This document shows, one piece after another, positions 23,781 to 36,407 of a stretch of 64,000 nucleotides of DNA. Positions within the stretch are counted from its first letter, which is position 1. Every line of letters starts with the position of its first letter. The DNA is from Azolla caroliniana. Lineage: Eukaryota > Plantae > Polypodiophyta. The stretch covers positions 2,356,001 through 2,420,000 of the forward strand of contig JBHGNT010000009.1 of assembly GCA_043228905.1 (NCBI GenBank), read 5' to 3'. Made by a program: the position numbers and the translations under genes. Below the pieces are notes generated by a model. That model searched no databases. It had not been told where the DNA came from and saw nothing but the letters and a program-made list of their open reading frames with translations.

Positions 23781-24494
23781 TTGGGCATAGAGCAGACGAC
23801 GGACCTAAAGAAGATTCTCGAAGAACGAGTTCTTGATAGCCACGTAACTTTGTCCTTGAGGGAATTGCTTGGCATTATGAAGAAGGAGTTCCATGACACG
23901 ATCGTGGACCTTGTAAAGAGAAAGAGACAACAATCAAACGAGGAAGAAGAGAAGCCACAGAAAGCAAAAACGAATGCCATAACAATGGCAAGAGACGAAA
24001 TCGATGAAGATATGGTGGACAGCCACTACACTCGACCTCATTGGGCACGAGCGACAACGGAGACGCCTGTGAAAATCGGGGAGAAGAAAGAGACCGTCGT
24101 AGCCTTGATCGACCACGGCTCGGAGATCAACCTCATGTCAACCGACTTCTACAAAAAGGGAAGATGGCCAATCAATACAAACCACGGATGGAAGATTCGC
24201 ACGGCAACAACGTCTACGGAGGACTTGTACGGAGCTTGTCCCAATGTCAAAGTCACGATCGGGGATGTGGAGATGGATCAACACTTCTTCGTACAAGAAT
24301 CGGCGTCGCATCCTGTCATCGTAGGGCAACCTTATATCACATCATCTCGGATGGAGACCAGAGTGTTCGATAATGGAGCAGCCTTCGCACGAATAAAGAG
24401 TCTTGACAACCAAAGATCGGTCCAATTCCTAACGGTGCGAGCCAATCATGAAAGGAATCGAGATAGTCTCGGAGCCGAATCCTCGGATTTTTAG
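23781..24494 (+). CDS. Aspartic protease region (continuous with gag in other copies), ending at slippery G GAT TTT TAG
   Basis: ALIDHGSEINL and VIVGQPY flap/helix motifs. Confidence 0.8.
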   Translation: MGIEQTTDLKKILEERVLDSHVTLSLRELLGIMKKEFHDTIVDLVKRKRQQSNEEEEKPQKAKTNAITMARDEIDEDMVDSHYTRPHWARATTETPVKIGEKKETVVALIDHGSEINLMSTDFYKKGRWPINTNHGWKIRTATTSTEDLYGACPNVKVTIGDVEMDQHFFVQESASHPVIVGQPYITSSRMETRVFDNGAAFARIKSLDNQRSVQFLTVRANHERNRDSLGAESSDF

Positions 24495-27400
24495 AGCGGA
24501 CTATTGAAGCATGGGGCACAAATAGTCTGAGCAATCACAAGACCCCACAAGAAAGAAGAGTGCGTGGATTGCAAGGAGAAGCAACATGTGTCACACCTAG
24601 TGGCGCATGTAAACTAGTACTACCCGACAAGAAGCACAAGCGCCGGATACAAGAATTCGAGAAGATGCTGAAAGAAGAGAATATAATAGAAGAAGGAGAG
24701 TTCGTGACTCATATTATGGAAGAAGCCTCATTTAACGACACCATCGGCGAAATCGAGGACGTTGTGGACTTGAGCTATCTTCACAACCAACGCGTGATTT
24801 CGGTTAATCCGTCAACATTTACGCTATCATCGATGAATACTGTCGTGGCATCTCGATGAAGGAAGCTGACATCAACACGAAATATAAAACGGTGGATAAG
24901 AAGATCAAGCCAGTTGCGGTTCCGCTATCGGAAGATAGCTGGCAAAAGATGAAGGAAGTCGCTAACGATCCAAGCTTAAGAGATCCGAAGAAGATAGGTC
25001 ATGACTTCACCAAAGAGACGAAGGGGAAGCTACGAGTTGGAAAGGAGGATTTCCTTCTCCCTGAAGAGGAGCGAATGTTTCGCGATATGCTTGAGAGACA
25101 TGGGAAGGCTTTCGCATTCTTCCCACGAGAAATCGGATGCGCCGACCCAAAGGTTATAGAGCCAATGGTGATCTTCACGGTGCCTCATGTGCCTTGGAAT
25201 TTGAAACCGATACCGGTTCCGAGAGCACACCTTCCGAAGCTGATCGAGCTCTTAAAGGAGAAGGTGAGTATGGGAATTCTAGAACCGTCGAATGCTCCTT
25301 ATTCCAATAGGTGGTTCACGGTGCCGAAGAAGAATGGATCATTGCGATTCATCCAAGATCTTCAACCCGTCAACAAGGTGACAATTCGAAATGCCGGAAT
25401 CGGTCCGAGCGTGGACGAATTTGCCGAAGCGTTTGCGGGCCGGTCCATCTACTCCATTGGCGATCTCTACTCCGGATATGACCAATTCCAATTGGCGATC
25501 GACAGTCGGGACATTACAACCATGAGGACTCCGATCGGGCTTGTGCGGATGTGTACCTTACCCCAAGGCACAACGAACTCGGTGGCTCATATGGTGAATG
25601 CCATGAATAAAGTCTTGAAGGATTGCATTCCGGACATCACGATGCCATTCTTGGATGATATTCCGATAAAAGGATGTTCGGATGAGGAGAAAGATGAATC
25701 GAAAGATAAGGAAGGTTGTAGAAAGTTCATTGCGGATCATATGAAAGATTGCGAGAAGGTGCTTCAAAGGCTCGAAGATGCGAATTTGACATTTTCGGGA
25801 GAAAAATCCGCATTCGGGCAACCGGAGATCTTGGTGGTGGTTCACTTGTGTGGAGCATACGGCCGGAAGCCCTCGCCATCCAAAGTGAACGCAATCCAAG
25901 ACATGAAAGAAGAATGCGAAAACCAAACGGAGGTTCGAAGGTTCCTTGGAGCGTGCGCGTTTTATCATATATGGATTCCTCACTACGCTCATGTCGCCGA
26001 ACCGTTATATGGACTACTAAAGAAAAGAATAAAGTTCGAATGGCGAGACGAGCACACAGAGGCGATGCGAAAATTAAAGAAACTGCTTCTTGAAGCTCCG
26101 ACACTAAGGAAGGCCGACTATGCCGAAGGGAAACCAATTTACGTGACCGTAGATACGAGCCCAACCGGAATCGGGTGGGTCATCAATCAAGAATGTGAAG
26201 ATAATGCGCGATATGCCGTCCGGTTTGGAGCAAAGGTTCTCAGCGAACGGCAACAAAGATATGCCCAAGTCAAGCGGGAACTTTGGGGTATTGTGTCGGC
26301 AGTGAAGATGGACAAAGATTACCTGATCGGGTCAGAAGTGATAATAGAGACAGATTGTCTCCCAATTCTCGGAATGGTCTCGGGATGTGCGACCCCAGAT
26401 CTTGCTATGCTAAGGTGGATCGCCTACATCAAGTCTTTAAACCCAGAGATCCGTCACATCGCAGGGAAGAAGAACGCCGTGGCTGACATGCTGTCGAGGC
26501 CAAGATTTTCAAATGGAAGTAACATGGTTTCGGAAGATGAAGATGTCGCCCTCGACTTCTTCAAGATGGCTCGATTGTCGGCGGAAGACCAGGACACGCA
26601 AACCCTCCACGCCTTCAACGAGAACGAGTACGAAGGAGAGTGGTTACTCATCGGTAGATTCCTAAGAACATTGACGACAGATGCTTCGTTGACAAAGGAG
26701 GAGGCCCTATGAATCCGAAAGAAAGCTTATCGATACTTCTTGAAGGGAGGATTCCTTTGGCAACATCCAAAAAGAAGGACAGGAATACCACGTCGAGTGG
26801 TGGTAAAGAAAGAAGAGCAAGAGACGCTGATGACCGAATTCCACGAGAGTGCTTGGGCAGGTCATAGAGGAACATGGGCGACGTTCGAAAAGTTGAAGGA
26901 GAAGTACTGGTGGCCAAGCATGTACAAAGATGTACTCCATTTCGTGTCCACATGTGAAACTTGCCAAATATATTCAAATATACGTCATCGTGATGAGTTA
27001 AAGCCGACATACCCACTCACCATTCACTTCAAATGGATGGTGGATCTGGTCTCGATGCCAATGGGAGTGGGACAAATGAAGTACTTAGCGCTCGCAAGGG
27101 AAGACTTGACAAATCAAGTGGAAGGACGAGCCTTGACAAATAAGACGACTTCAGCCGTTTGTAAATTTTTACTTGAAGATGTTGTTTGCTGATATGGATG
27201 TGTAGGGAAGATAGTGGCCGACCGAGGGGAGTTGGACGCGCACGAAGCGACGGAGCTCTTCGAAAGACTAGGCGTGAAGCTCTCCCTCACGACTGCCTAC
27301 AATCCGGAAGCAAATGGGAAGATCGAGCGAGGGCATGGACCTATCGTTAAAGCCATCGTACGGGCATGCAACGGTCGAGTCGGGAATTGGCCACGACTAT

Positions 27401-27978
27401 TACCCTATGCCTTGTGGGCCGATAGAACGACACATAGCTCGGTGACAAGGTATATGCCGACGGAGCTTATGTATGGACAAAAGCCGATTATGCCCATCGA
27501 AAGGACGATCGCCTCATGGGTAGCGATATCGTGGGAGAACGAGATGAGCCGAGAAGAGTTATTAGCGGCGCGGATAAGGCAACTTGAAAGAAGACCTGAA
27601 GATTTAGAAAAAGCGCGAAAGATGATGAAGGCAGCCCGAGTAAAGAACAAAGTTCGGTTCGACAACACGCATCGACTTCGTCCCAAGAAGATTGAAGAAG
27701 GGGATTGGGTTTTGGTTTACGACAGCACCCTTGACAATCAACATAGTACAACAAGGAAGTTCGCAAGAAGATGGTTTGGGCCGTATGTGGTGACAAGTGC
27801 CAACGATAATGCCACATACCACCTTGCGGAACTAGACGGATCAAGGTTGGCCGTACCCATTGCGGGAAAAAGAGTAAAGCTTTTCAAGAAAAGACAAGAC
27901 AAGGATCCTGACCTCGATTACCTCGACGATGAACATAATAGGCCGGATGAAAATGAAGACATGGAGGAATCTAATTGA
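24488..27978 (+). pseudogene. pol: RT-RNaseH-IN of element C (one frameshift, two TGA stops)
   Basis: ORFs at 24560, 24856, 26740 and 27214. YSGYDQF, FLDD, VDTSPTG, HESAWAGH..CETC, WFGPY. Confidence 0.92.
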
Positions 27979-28608
27979 TCATCGTAGCCGAAATCTCACT
28001 TCTTCTCTTCTTGGCACCGGTATCCGGCGACCGACGGCATCCGGCGGCGACACTGGTATCCGGCGACGGTATCCGGCGAACCGGCGTCCGGCGACTAAAT
28101 AAAATAAATATATAAATATATATACATATTTACATATACAAGGAGGGCAAGTATGGATTCGAACCTTGCACCTCCAAGTTAGGAGTCAATTGGCTTACCA
28201 TTAAGCCATGCTGTTTAGTTAAAATTATATTTCTATCATTGTACTTTTACATGTAAATTCTCATACATGAGAGCTAAAATGAGTGACATGGTTAGCATGC
28301 ACCACATGTAATACTTAAGCGCCAAATGGCAAACATGCAATTTATGCATGTCTTGTACCCTCACATGCATCATATGCATGAGAGCATCTATAAAAGAGGG
28401 AAGGGGGAGGAGAAAAAACACGTTTTTTTTATGAAAATTAGGAGGAAGAAATTCGTTATCAAATTGATTGTGTAATCTCAACTTCTCTCTTTCCCAATCT
28501 ATCTTAAGTACTTTCTCGCCAAAGCTTGTATCGACTCTAAATCCTTCTGGTCCAGAACCCCGACGGTTCCGCCTCACGATCCGCGCGTAGTGACGGATCT
28601 TCACGACA

Positions 28609-30433
28609 CCGGATTCTTGGTACTATGGCAAGAAAGGCCACAAGGAGAGCGAGAGCTGGAAAAATTGAGCCGATTCAGACAAAGTCGGATCGAGCCGAAG
28701 AGACGCAGAGAGGCATCAGAGATCACACTATGCAGAAGGCTCTAAACGAGCCGGAAACAAATCGGGCCCAGCTTTTGTAATGAAGCATAAGGCCAATTCT
28801 ATGGCCGTGAACACCTCGAAATCAAGCGAGGTGTGGTATGTTGATTCCGGAGCGTCAAATCATATGACGAGTCACGAGGAATGGTTCTCGTACTTGGAGA
28901 AACCGGAATCACAAGGAGTGGTCGATTCGAGAGACGACACTCCGCATACCATCGAACATGTCGGCGAAGTTCCTCTCACCCATGTCGGGCGGAAAGGGAA
29001 ACTCATGAATGTGTTGCATGTCCCGACAATAACGAAGAACCTAGTGTCGGTCAGTCAGATCGTCGACCAAGGTATGCAAGTTCGATTCACGCACCTCGGC
29101 TGCTTCATAGAAGACGAAGGCAAAGTAATCGCGCAAGGGCGCTGTGAAGGGAGGATGTTTATCCTTGACACTAATCAAGCCGGAACCGCGTTGTACGCGA
29201 ATGGACAAAAGGTTGAATCGACCTGTGGCACAAGCAGTTCGGCCACGTAAATTTCCCACAGCTTCATTAAATGCAGATGAAGAACATTGTTTTCGGGTTG
29301 CCGAAATTTCGTGGCCAGAGTGGCCAAGTCTGCGAAGCTTGTCAAATGGGAAAACAACACCGACTTCCATTCCCCAATGAGCGTAATCGTAGTCGAAGTC
29401 CGTTGGATTTGATCCATTTGAATGTGTGGGGTCCGGCATAGAACGTGAGTCTCAGTGGAAACCGTTACTTTATAACCTTCATCGACGACGTCACTCGACA
29501 CACGTGGCTACGCACGATCACGAAGAAGAGCGAAGTCTTCGCATGTTTCTTGAAGGTTAAGAGCCTTGCAAAAAGGGAAACAGGGCATAAGATCAAATGC
29601 CTACGGTCTGATGGCGGGAAGGAGTACTTTTCCGACCAGTTCACAAGTTATCTACAGAAGGAGGGAATTCGATGAGAATGCTCGTGTAGATATATGCCGG
29701 AGCAGAACGGTGTAGCCGAGCGGAAGAATCAGACAATTGAAGAAGCGGCCAGGGCAATGCTTGAAGAGAAGCATATGCCGAAAGTCTATTGGGCCGAAGC
29801 CGTGAAGACGACTGTGTACTTGCAGAATCGGACTTTTGCTAATGGAGGAGTGACGCCACATGAGCCGTATTTCGGGAAGAAGCGGAACTTGGCACACTTG
29901 AGGATTTTCGACAGCATCGCATATGTGCACATGCCGAAGGAGAAGAGGAGGAAGCTAGATGCCAAGGCCAAGAAATGTATCTTGGTCGGCTATTCAGACG
30001 AGCAAAAAGGATATAAGTGCTATAACCCCCAAACAAAGGAAGTACGCATAAGCCGCGATGTCGTATTTGACGAGTCCGCTTCGTGGTACTTGCTGAAGAG
30101 GAAATCAGCGAGGCTGAAAAGCCTCCACATGATGAGCACGTTGGAGCTCTAAGAGAGAGTTCGATCTCATTTCGGCTAAGCGGGCTGAATGAGGGGTTGG
30201 GCCGAGATGGCCAACCAAATGTTGAGACGGCGAGTAGTGGAGACTCGGTCATGCATTCCCCGCGCAGGAAGTGAGTCTGACTACGAGCAACCTGAAAAAG
30301 AACCTCCACGGAAGAGATTGACAGTAGCCGAAAAGGTCGTGAAATCGGGTAATCATGATTTACGTCGATCTACCCACCAGAAGAACCCCGTAAAGAGATA
30401 CGGGTATAATGAGTACATGGCGCACCATTACGT
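28609..30433 (+). pseudogene. pol: Ty1/copia remnant: knuckle, PR, GAG-pre-integrase, IN
   Basis: WYVDSGASNHMT, FIDD, LRSDGGKEY, EQNGVAER, SRDVVFDE in copia order. Cut by element I. Confidence 0.9.
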
Positions 30434-32786
30434 TGTCGTGTTATTACGCTCTCACATGTGAAATGAGGCGGGACCGCAGGGGCCCTGAACCAAGGAGCAT
30501 GGGAAAGAAGGAGGGGAGCAACTCATAGAAGCACATGGAGAGAGAGACGAGAACAGAAGATTCAATTACAATGTCAACAACGATTACAACCAACAAACCG
30601 GTAACAAACCCCAAACGGAGGTCCCACGCACACACACGGACAACACAAAAATCACACGATGGAGCCTTTGTTGGAAGCACACGGGCTCACGCGCAGTAGA
30701 GGCAACTGACACAAAAGAGTAGAGAGCAACGATGGAAGAGGAGAGAGCTCGGTCCCAGTCCGACAGCACTTCGTCCTCGCCAAAACGCGATACCTTTTAC
30801 GATTCCTCTCCCTCTCTTTTATAGCCCAAGGGAGAGGCCGTTACGACTTGTTACATCATCTTTATTCTCTATCCTTTCGGACAGAGATATGCCTCGATTT
30901 CCTACCTATCAAATCCGTGCGACCTAGGATATTCACATCATCCGACTTGTACCTAAATATGTACATTACAACAAAACTTGTGCCTGCGTGTAAGGGCCGG
31001 TTCGTGCACATCATTCTCCGATTCCGACTAGGGACGGTTTTCTCCACGACATCCGCCCCCACCTAACCGCGCATCCACCGGTATGCGCCAAATAGACTCT
31101 TGTTGGAGAAGATGGGCCCGCACTTACCCTTCATCCTCCGGATCGCCATTCGCTCCGAACCGGTCGTCCTCGCTATCCAAGTCGGTCGGGTCTGGTTCAT
31201 CCTTGTGCCGCTTTCTGAACGCTTTGATCCTTTTCCTGGCTACCGGTACTACCATCCTCATCCCGTCAAGCTCTGTGAGATGGTAGGTCCCGTTGTCGTT
31301 GGCGCTTGTCACCACGTAAGGCCCGAACCACCTCCTTGCGAACTTCCACATCACCTTGTGCTGGTTGTCGAGGTTGTTGTCATATACCAGAACCTAGTCG
31401 CCTTCCTCGATTTTCTTCGGCCTTAGTCGGTGAGTCAGGTCGAATCGTTCCTTGGTCTTTACCCTCTCGGCCCGCATCTTTTCCGCGGCTCGTTCCACAT
31501 CCTCCGGTCTTCACTCGAGCTGTCGGATCCGCGCTGCTAATAGCTCCTCCCGGCTCATCTCGTCTCTCCAGTCCACCGTGGCCCATGAGGAGATCGTCCG
31601 TTCCACCGGCATAATTGATTTTTGCCCGTACATCAACTCCGCCGGCATGAACCCCATCATCGAACTGTGCGTAGCTCGGTCCGCCTACAGCGCGTAGGGT
31701 CCAAGGCGCGGCCAGTTCCCGACCTACCCTTCACACGCTCATACCAAAGCCTTCACAATCGGTCCGTGTCTGCATTCTACCTTCCCGTTCGCCTCCTAAT
31801 TGTACGCCATAGTGAGGGAGAGCTTGACCCCTAACCGGTCAAACAGCTCCTCAGCTTCTTGCGCATTCAGCTCTCCTCGATCCGCCACGATTTTCCCTAC
31901 GCATCTGTACCGGCACACTACCTCTTCGAGCAGGAACCAGCACACCACCGCAGTCGTCTTGTTTGTCAGTGCATGGCCTTCCACTTGGTTCATTAAATCC
32001 TTCCGCGCAAGCACCAGATACCACATTTGCCCTACTCCCATCGGCATTGTCACTAAGTCCACCATCCATTTGAAGTGGATGATCGGGTGCATCTCGTCTC
32101 GATGCCAGATTGCGGAGTGCATTTGACAGTCCTCACACGTCGTCACGAACTGGTACACATCCCGGTACAGCCCCGACCACCAGTACTTCTCTTTCAGTTT
32201 CTTGAACGAGGACCATGTCCCGCGGTGTCTGGCCCAGGGACTCTCATGGTACGCCGTGAGCAACGCGTCCTGCTCGTCCTTTCTCGCTACTATGCAGAGT
32301 GGGACACCGCCTCACTTCTTAGGGTGCCTCCATATGTTCCCGTCCTGTAGGAAGAACCGGTAAGCTTTCTTTCAGATCCGGTTAGCCTCTTCCTTTGTCC
32401 ACGTTGCGTCTAGTGTCATCGTCTTCACGAACCTACCGATCTAGAGCTACTCCCCATCGTACTTTCCTTCGTGGAATTCGTTAAGCGCCGGAGGGCTCCT
32501 CTCCCTCGTTACGTATGCCATCTTGAAGAAGTCTACGCCGACTTCCTCGTCCTCTGAAACCATGCCGTCCTCGTCATCGAACTTCGCTCTCAAAAGCATG
32601 TCGGCCATTGCGTTGTCCTTCCCGGAGATGTGTCGTATCTCCAGATTTAGGGACTTGATGTACGCGATCGATCCACCTGAGCATTGCCAGGTCCGGAGTT
32701 GCGCATCCGGAAATCATACCGAGAATTGGTAGGCAGTCCGTCTCGATTATTACCTCCGTCGCTATAAGATAATCTTTGTTGGCCTT
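30434..32786 (-). mobile_element. Element I: 3' part of a Phygy-like gypsy (3' LTR 30434-31051, degenerate IN)
   Basis: ACGT|TGTCGTG. LTR homologous to those of D and F (3'). PPT at 31052-31063. Interrupted at 32787. Confidence 0.88.
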
Positions 32787-33284
32787 TGTTATTTGGTCGA
32801 CAATTGCTATTTTGCCGACACAGTATAAGACGAACGTTCTATCAAGAAGTTGTGGTTAGACGGATAGATATGAATTAGCTGTAAACTTTATCGGTGATAA
32901 CAGACACCGAGATCGTGACTTATGTAATATAGCTTAACAGAAATAACAGATGACAATAAGTAATCCGTACACAGATATTTCCTAACAATTTTCTATTACT
33001 AAATACAACGATAGATTTTTACAATGCCTTCGGCTCCTTTTATAGGTAACCCGAAGGTCTTTTCTCATCAAGAAATCCTACTGCTTATACTTAACAAGAA
33101 TTACAAAACTTCATAACTAACTATGTCATACTCGACTATTTGCTGAGTCATCGATCCGAACTGCCGATCCAACTCCGACTCCGACCCCGAACATCTTTCC
33201 TATACCGACACATTCATACTTGTCCGGGTAACACTTGTCACACTCGTGGGCCAGGATGTTGTCCGGCGAACCCACAGGACCCCT

Positions 33285-35721
33285 TTACTCCTGTTGTTCT
33301 AAGGAAAGATCTTCCTCCATCTCAAAATCCTCGTCTGCGTCGTCCTGCAAACTGTCGAATAATGAGGGTTCTGCCTCTTGTGTTGCCATGCCTTCCTCAT
33401 CTTCTTCCTCGGCTTCGTCCTCAGCTTTAGTATCCTCCCTGTTGTTGTTTTCCTGTCGGGTTCCTTCAAACAATGGGCTTGGCTCCGCTTCTGTTCCTGC
33501 TTCCGGTGCCCCGAGTCCAGGTGTTTTGGTAATTCTTTCAGCTTCGATATTGTCTAACTCGACGAATGTCTCGACATCATGCTTGTCAAATTCCTGCATG
33601 ATTCTATTAATTTCTTCTTTAAAATAAGCCGCCATATCATATAGGTCCTTAGCAATATCTTCCTGAACTGTGGTCATTGCTTCTTCCGACATCTTGAGGA
33701 AGCCCTTGCCCTGAACCTTCCTATTTTCTCTATCGGCTCTTAATAGTTGAAGCTTTGCGGCTTGTGCTGACCATGTTTGCCAACCCTTCTCCAACGATTC
33801 ATTGACCAATTTTAGGGTGTTAATTCGGTGACGTCTAATAATCGCTTGAACTCTGTCGTGAGTCATTCTAGCCTCAAACTGTGTTGTTGCCAATGTTTTC
33901 CGTAAATCAATGATTATTGCATTGGTCTGTCCTTATGCCTACATCAGCTTAGCTTGGGCCACTAAGAGGTCAAGTCGTCGTTTTTCGGAGACTGTTTGAA
34001 TTTCTGCACATCGGTTTTCTAGGTTCGCTTTCTCTTCATTCCAGTTGTTCTGCTACTGAATAATTTTTTCGTTGTTTCGTCTACTGTGTTGCAAAACAAG
34101 TCTCTTGGCTCTTGACATACTCTTCCAGTTCCTCGACCTGTTGTCGTGTAGTCTCTTGCTGTTGGGCTAATTGTTGGTGTAAATCTTGTATTACATTATC
34201 CTTTTCCCCTAAACATATGTCGGTCGTCGTTTTTGCCGACTGTAATTGAATCTCTATTTCCCTGAACCGGTCCTCAGTCTTTTCCGCCTTAATTTCTACC
34301 TCCCTTTGTGCTTGTTTGGCTTGGTACAACCTCTTTTGTAATTCCGAATCCGTCTCCAAAGGTTTCCTTTGTGACTCTAGCTGGACTATTTGTTCTCTCG
34401 CTTTTTCTAGAGCCCCTTATTCTTCTTGCAGTTTATTTTTCAATTGCTGATTTTCTGCCTGCATTTGTTTGTACTATGCATTAAGCACATCTGTAGTTGT
34501 TGTAGCCTATTTGTATAATTCGGCCATATCCCTGGCCGCTCTGCTAGCCTTTTCATATTCACGGTGTACTTCCACCAATGCCTCATGTAATGGTGGTATT
34601 TGAATGGCTTCACCTCTATTTTTAGCATGTCGTTGTCGACCAATTCTATCCACTTCCACTTGCTCATTTGGTTCGATAGCTCCACATAATGACCTCTGGA
34701 TCATTATTTGATCTCTGTGCTCTTGCGCCATTCTTTCCGACACTTCTTGCAGTCTTTTAGCCAACCATTCTACTAGTTCATATGATGTTCCGAACTGCAG
34801 AATGGCAGCTAGTTCATGTGTTGTTGCCGGAATGTCAGAAAAACCGAGTGCCTCTTGTATCGTTGTCGTTGATGCTTGCCCTTTTTTAACTCGTGACGTG
34901 TCATCTAGATTGACACGAGGTATTTGCGTGCTTTGGGCAGCTTGATCGTTAGTTCTCTTTTTCTTCTGCACAGGTTGTTCTTGCTTCAGTCTAGAGTATC
35001 TTTGAGACCGTTGTTTCACCCTTCGTTGTTTTAGCAATTGCTGCTCCATGTCAACTTGTTGCGATTGCTGTTGTTGTGACGATTGCTCGTCTATCATCCC
35101 TCATAGTTGCATCCTCTGTGGTTGAGACTCTGGTGGTAGAGTCGGTGATTGCTGGGTAGGTTCGGGTTGTGGTATCGATTGTTGTTGTTCCGATTCTTGT
35201 TGGTGCCTTGGTTCCGGTTGTTCAGACTCAGTCTGAGTGGTATCGTCCTGCGTTGATTCTTCTTCCCTCCACTCTTCCCTTTGGACTTGTCATCGGGCTC
35301 GGGATGACTGTACTTGAGGCGGCCGACGCACCTCTGATCGGTTTTCCATCTCTGCATTCGGAAATAATACTGATAACCAACGAGCAAAAATTGGCTTCAT
35401 TGGTTTTCCTTTCCAAACTCTGTTTAGTTGCTCTCTTCGAGCATCTGCCGACAGTAGCCCCCAATCAAAAGCTTCGCCTTCATAAGCGGTGATAATAAAT
35501 TCGGCCCTCTTTTTGGGCATACAATAGAATCTGGGACTAACAAACCCTACTTCCAATAAAAATTTTGCAACTTCATGAAAAAACACATCCCTACCTCCCT
35601 GTGTCTGATACGCTTTGGCAGAGGGCGAATATTCACCAAAATAGGACCGCAAAACATCCTCTGTGACCTTGTTGACAGCGTCGAACCCGCCTCTTGGCAT
35701 CTCCAACACGGCCCATACCGT
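33285..35721 (-). pseudogene. Extra 3' ORF of element H (N-terminus at ~42665-42890); Q/E-rich coiled coil, acidic tail
   Basis: Chain of same-strand ORF fragments (35290, 34507, 34081, 33285) between IN and the 3' LTR. Confidence 0.7.
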
Positions 35722-36407
35722 TGTCGAGGTATCCCTCGCGGATGCGTGGAATGAGGCGGGACCTCAGGGGTCCTGTACCGAAGAGCAAGAGAGAAAAGGA
35801 GAGGGGAAGAGACCCACAAGGTGCGAGTGTAGATTCACAGGGACACGGCCCTTCGACACAGAGACGCGAGTGCGACAATGACACAGAGAGACACGAATGT
35901 AAGTAGAAATATATATAAACAAGACAAACAACAAGCACGAAGTTGGTTACAACCGAACAGGCCGGCGAACAGATGCTGATGCCTGTTCGTAAACGTACAG
36001 AAAGGAAGAAGTAGGTTGGAGGTGCTGCCGGAAGCACTCGGGCATTCCTCAGAGCAGCGCGAGCCTCCCGAAACCTGCACAGAAAGAAGCTATGGAGTTT
36101 GGAAGAGAGAGGAGCCTTCGGCCCACAATCCGACAGCACTTCGTCCTCCCTTCCTTCGCGATCCCCCCTCCCCTCCTTGTCTCCCTCCTTTTACAGGCAA
36201 GGAAGGAGCCATTTCCTATTAACTTCCTACTTACCGAGGATCTTCTATGTACAACATAAGGCGCACGTGTATGAAGAGCCGGTTCCTACGCTCCGGTGCA
36301 CCGATTCCGGTTGTGGACGGTTTTCTTCACGACATCCGCCCCCACCTAACCGCGCATCAACCAGTATGCACCAAATTGAGTTGGAACGGAGAAAACCGGT
36401 CCAACCT

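Larger units (their letters stand above)
21703..28608 (+). mobile_element. Element C: near full-length Phygy-like gypsy; 5' LTR ~21703-22229 (5'-truncated), 3' LTR ~27981-28608
   Basis: About 525 bp of near-identical direct repeat ending CACGACA. Perfect tRNA-Trp PBS. No matching TSD and no clear PPT. Confidence 0.9.
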
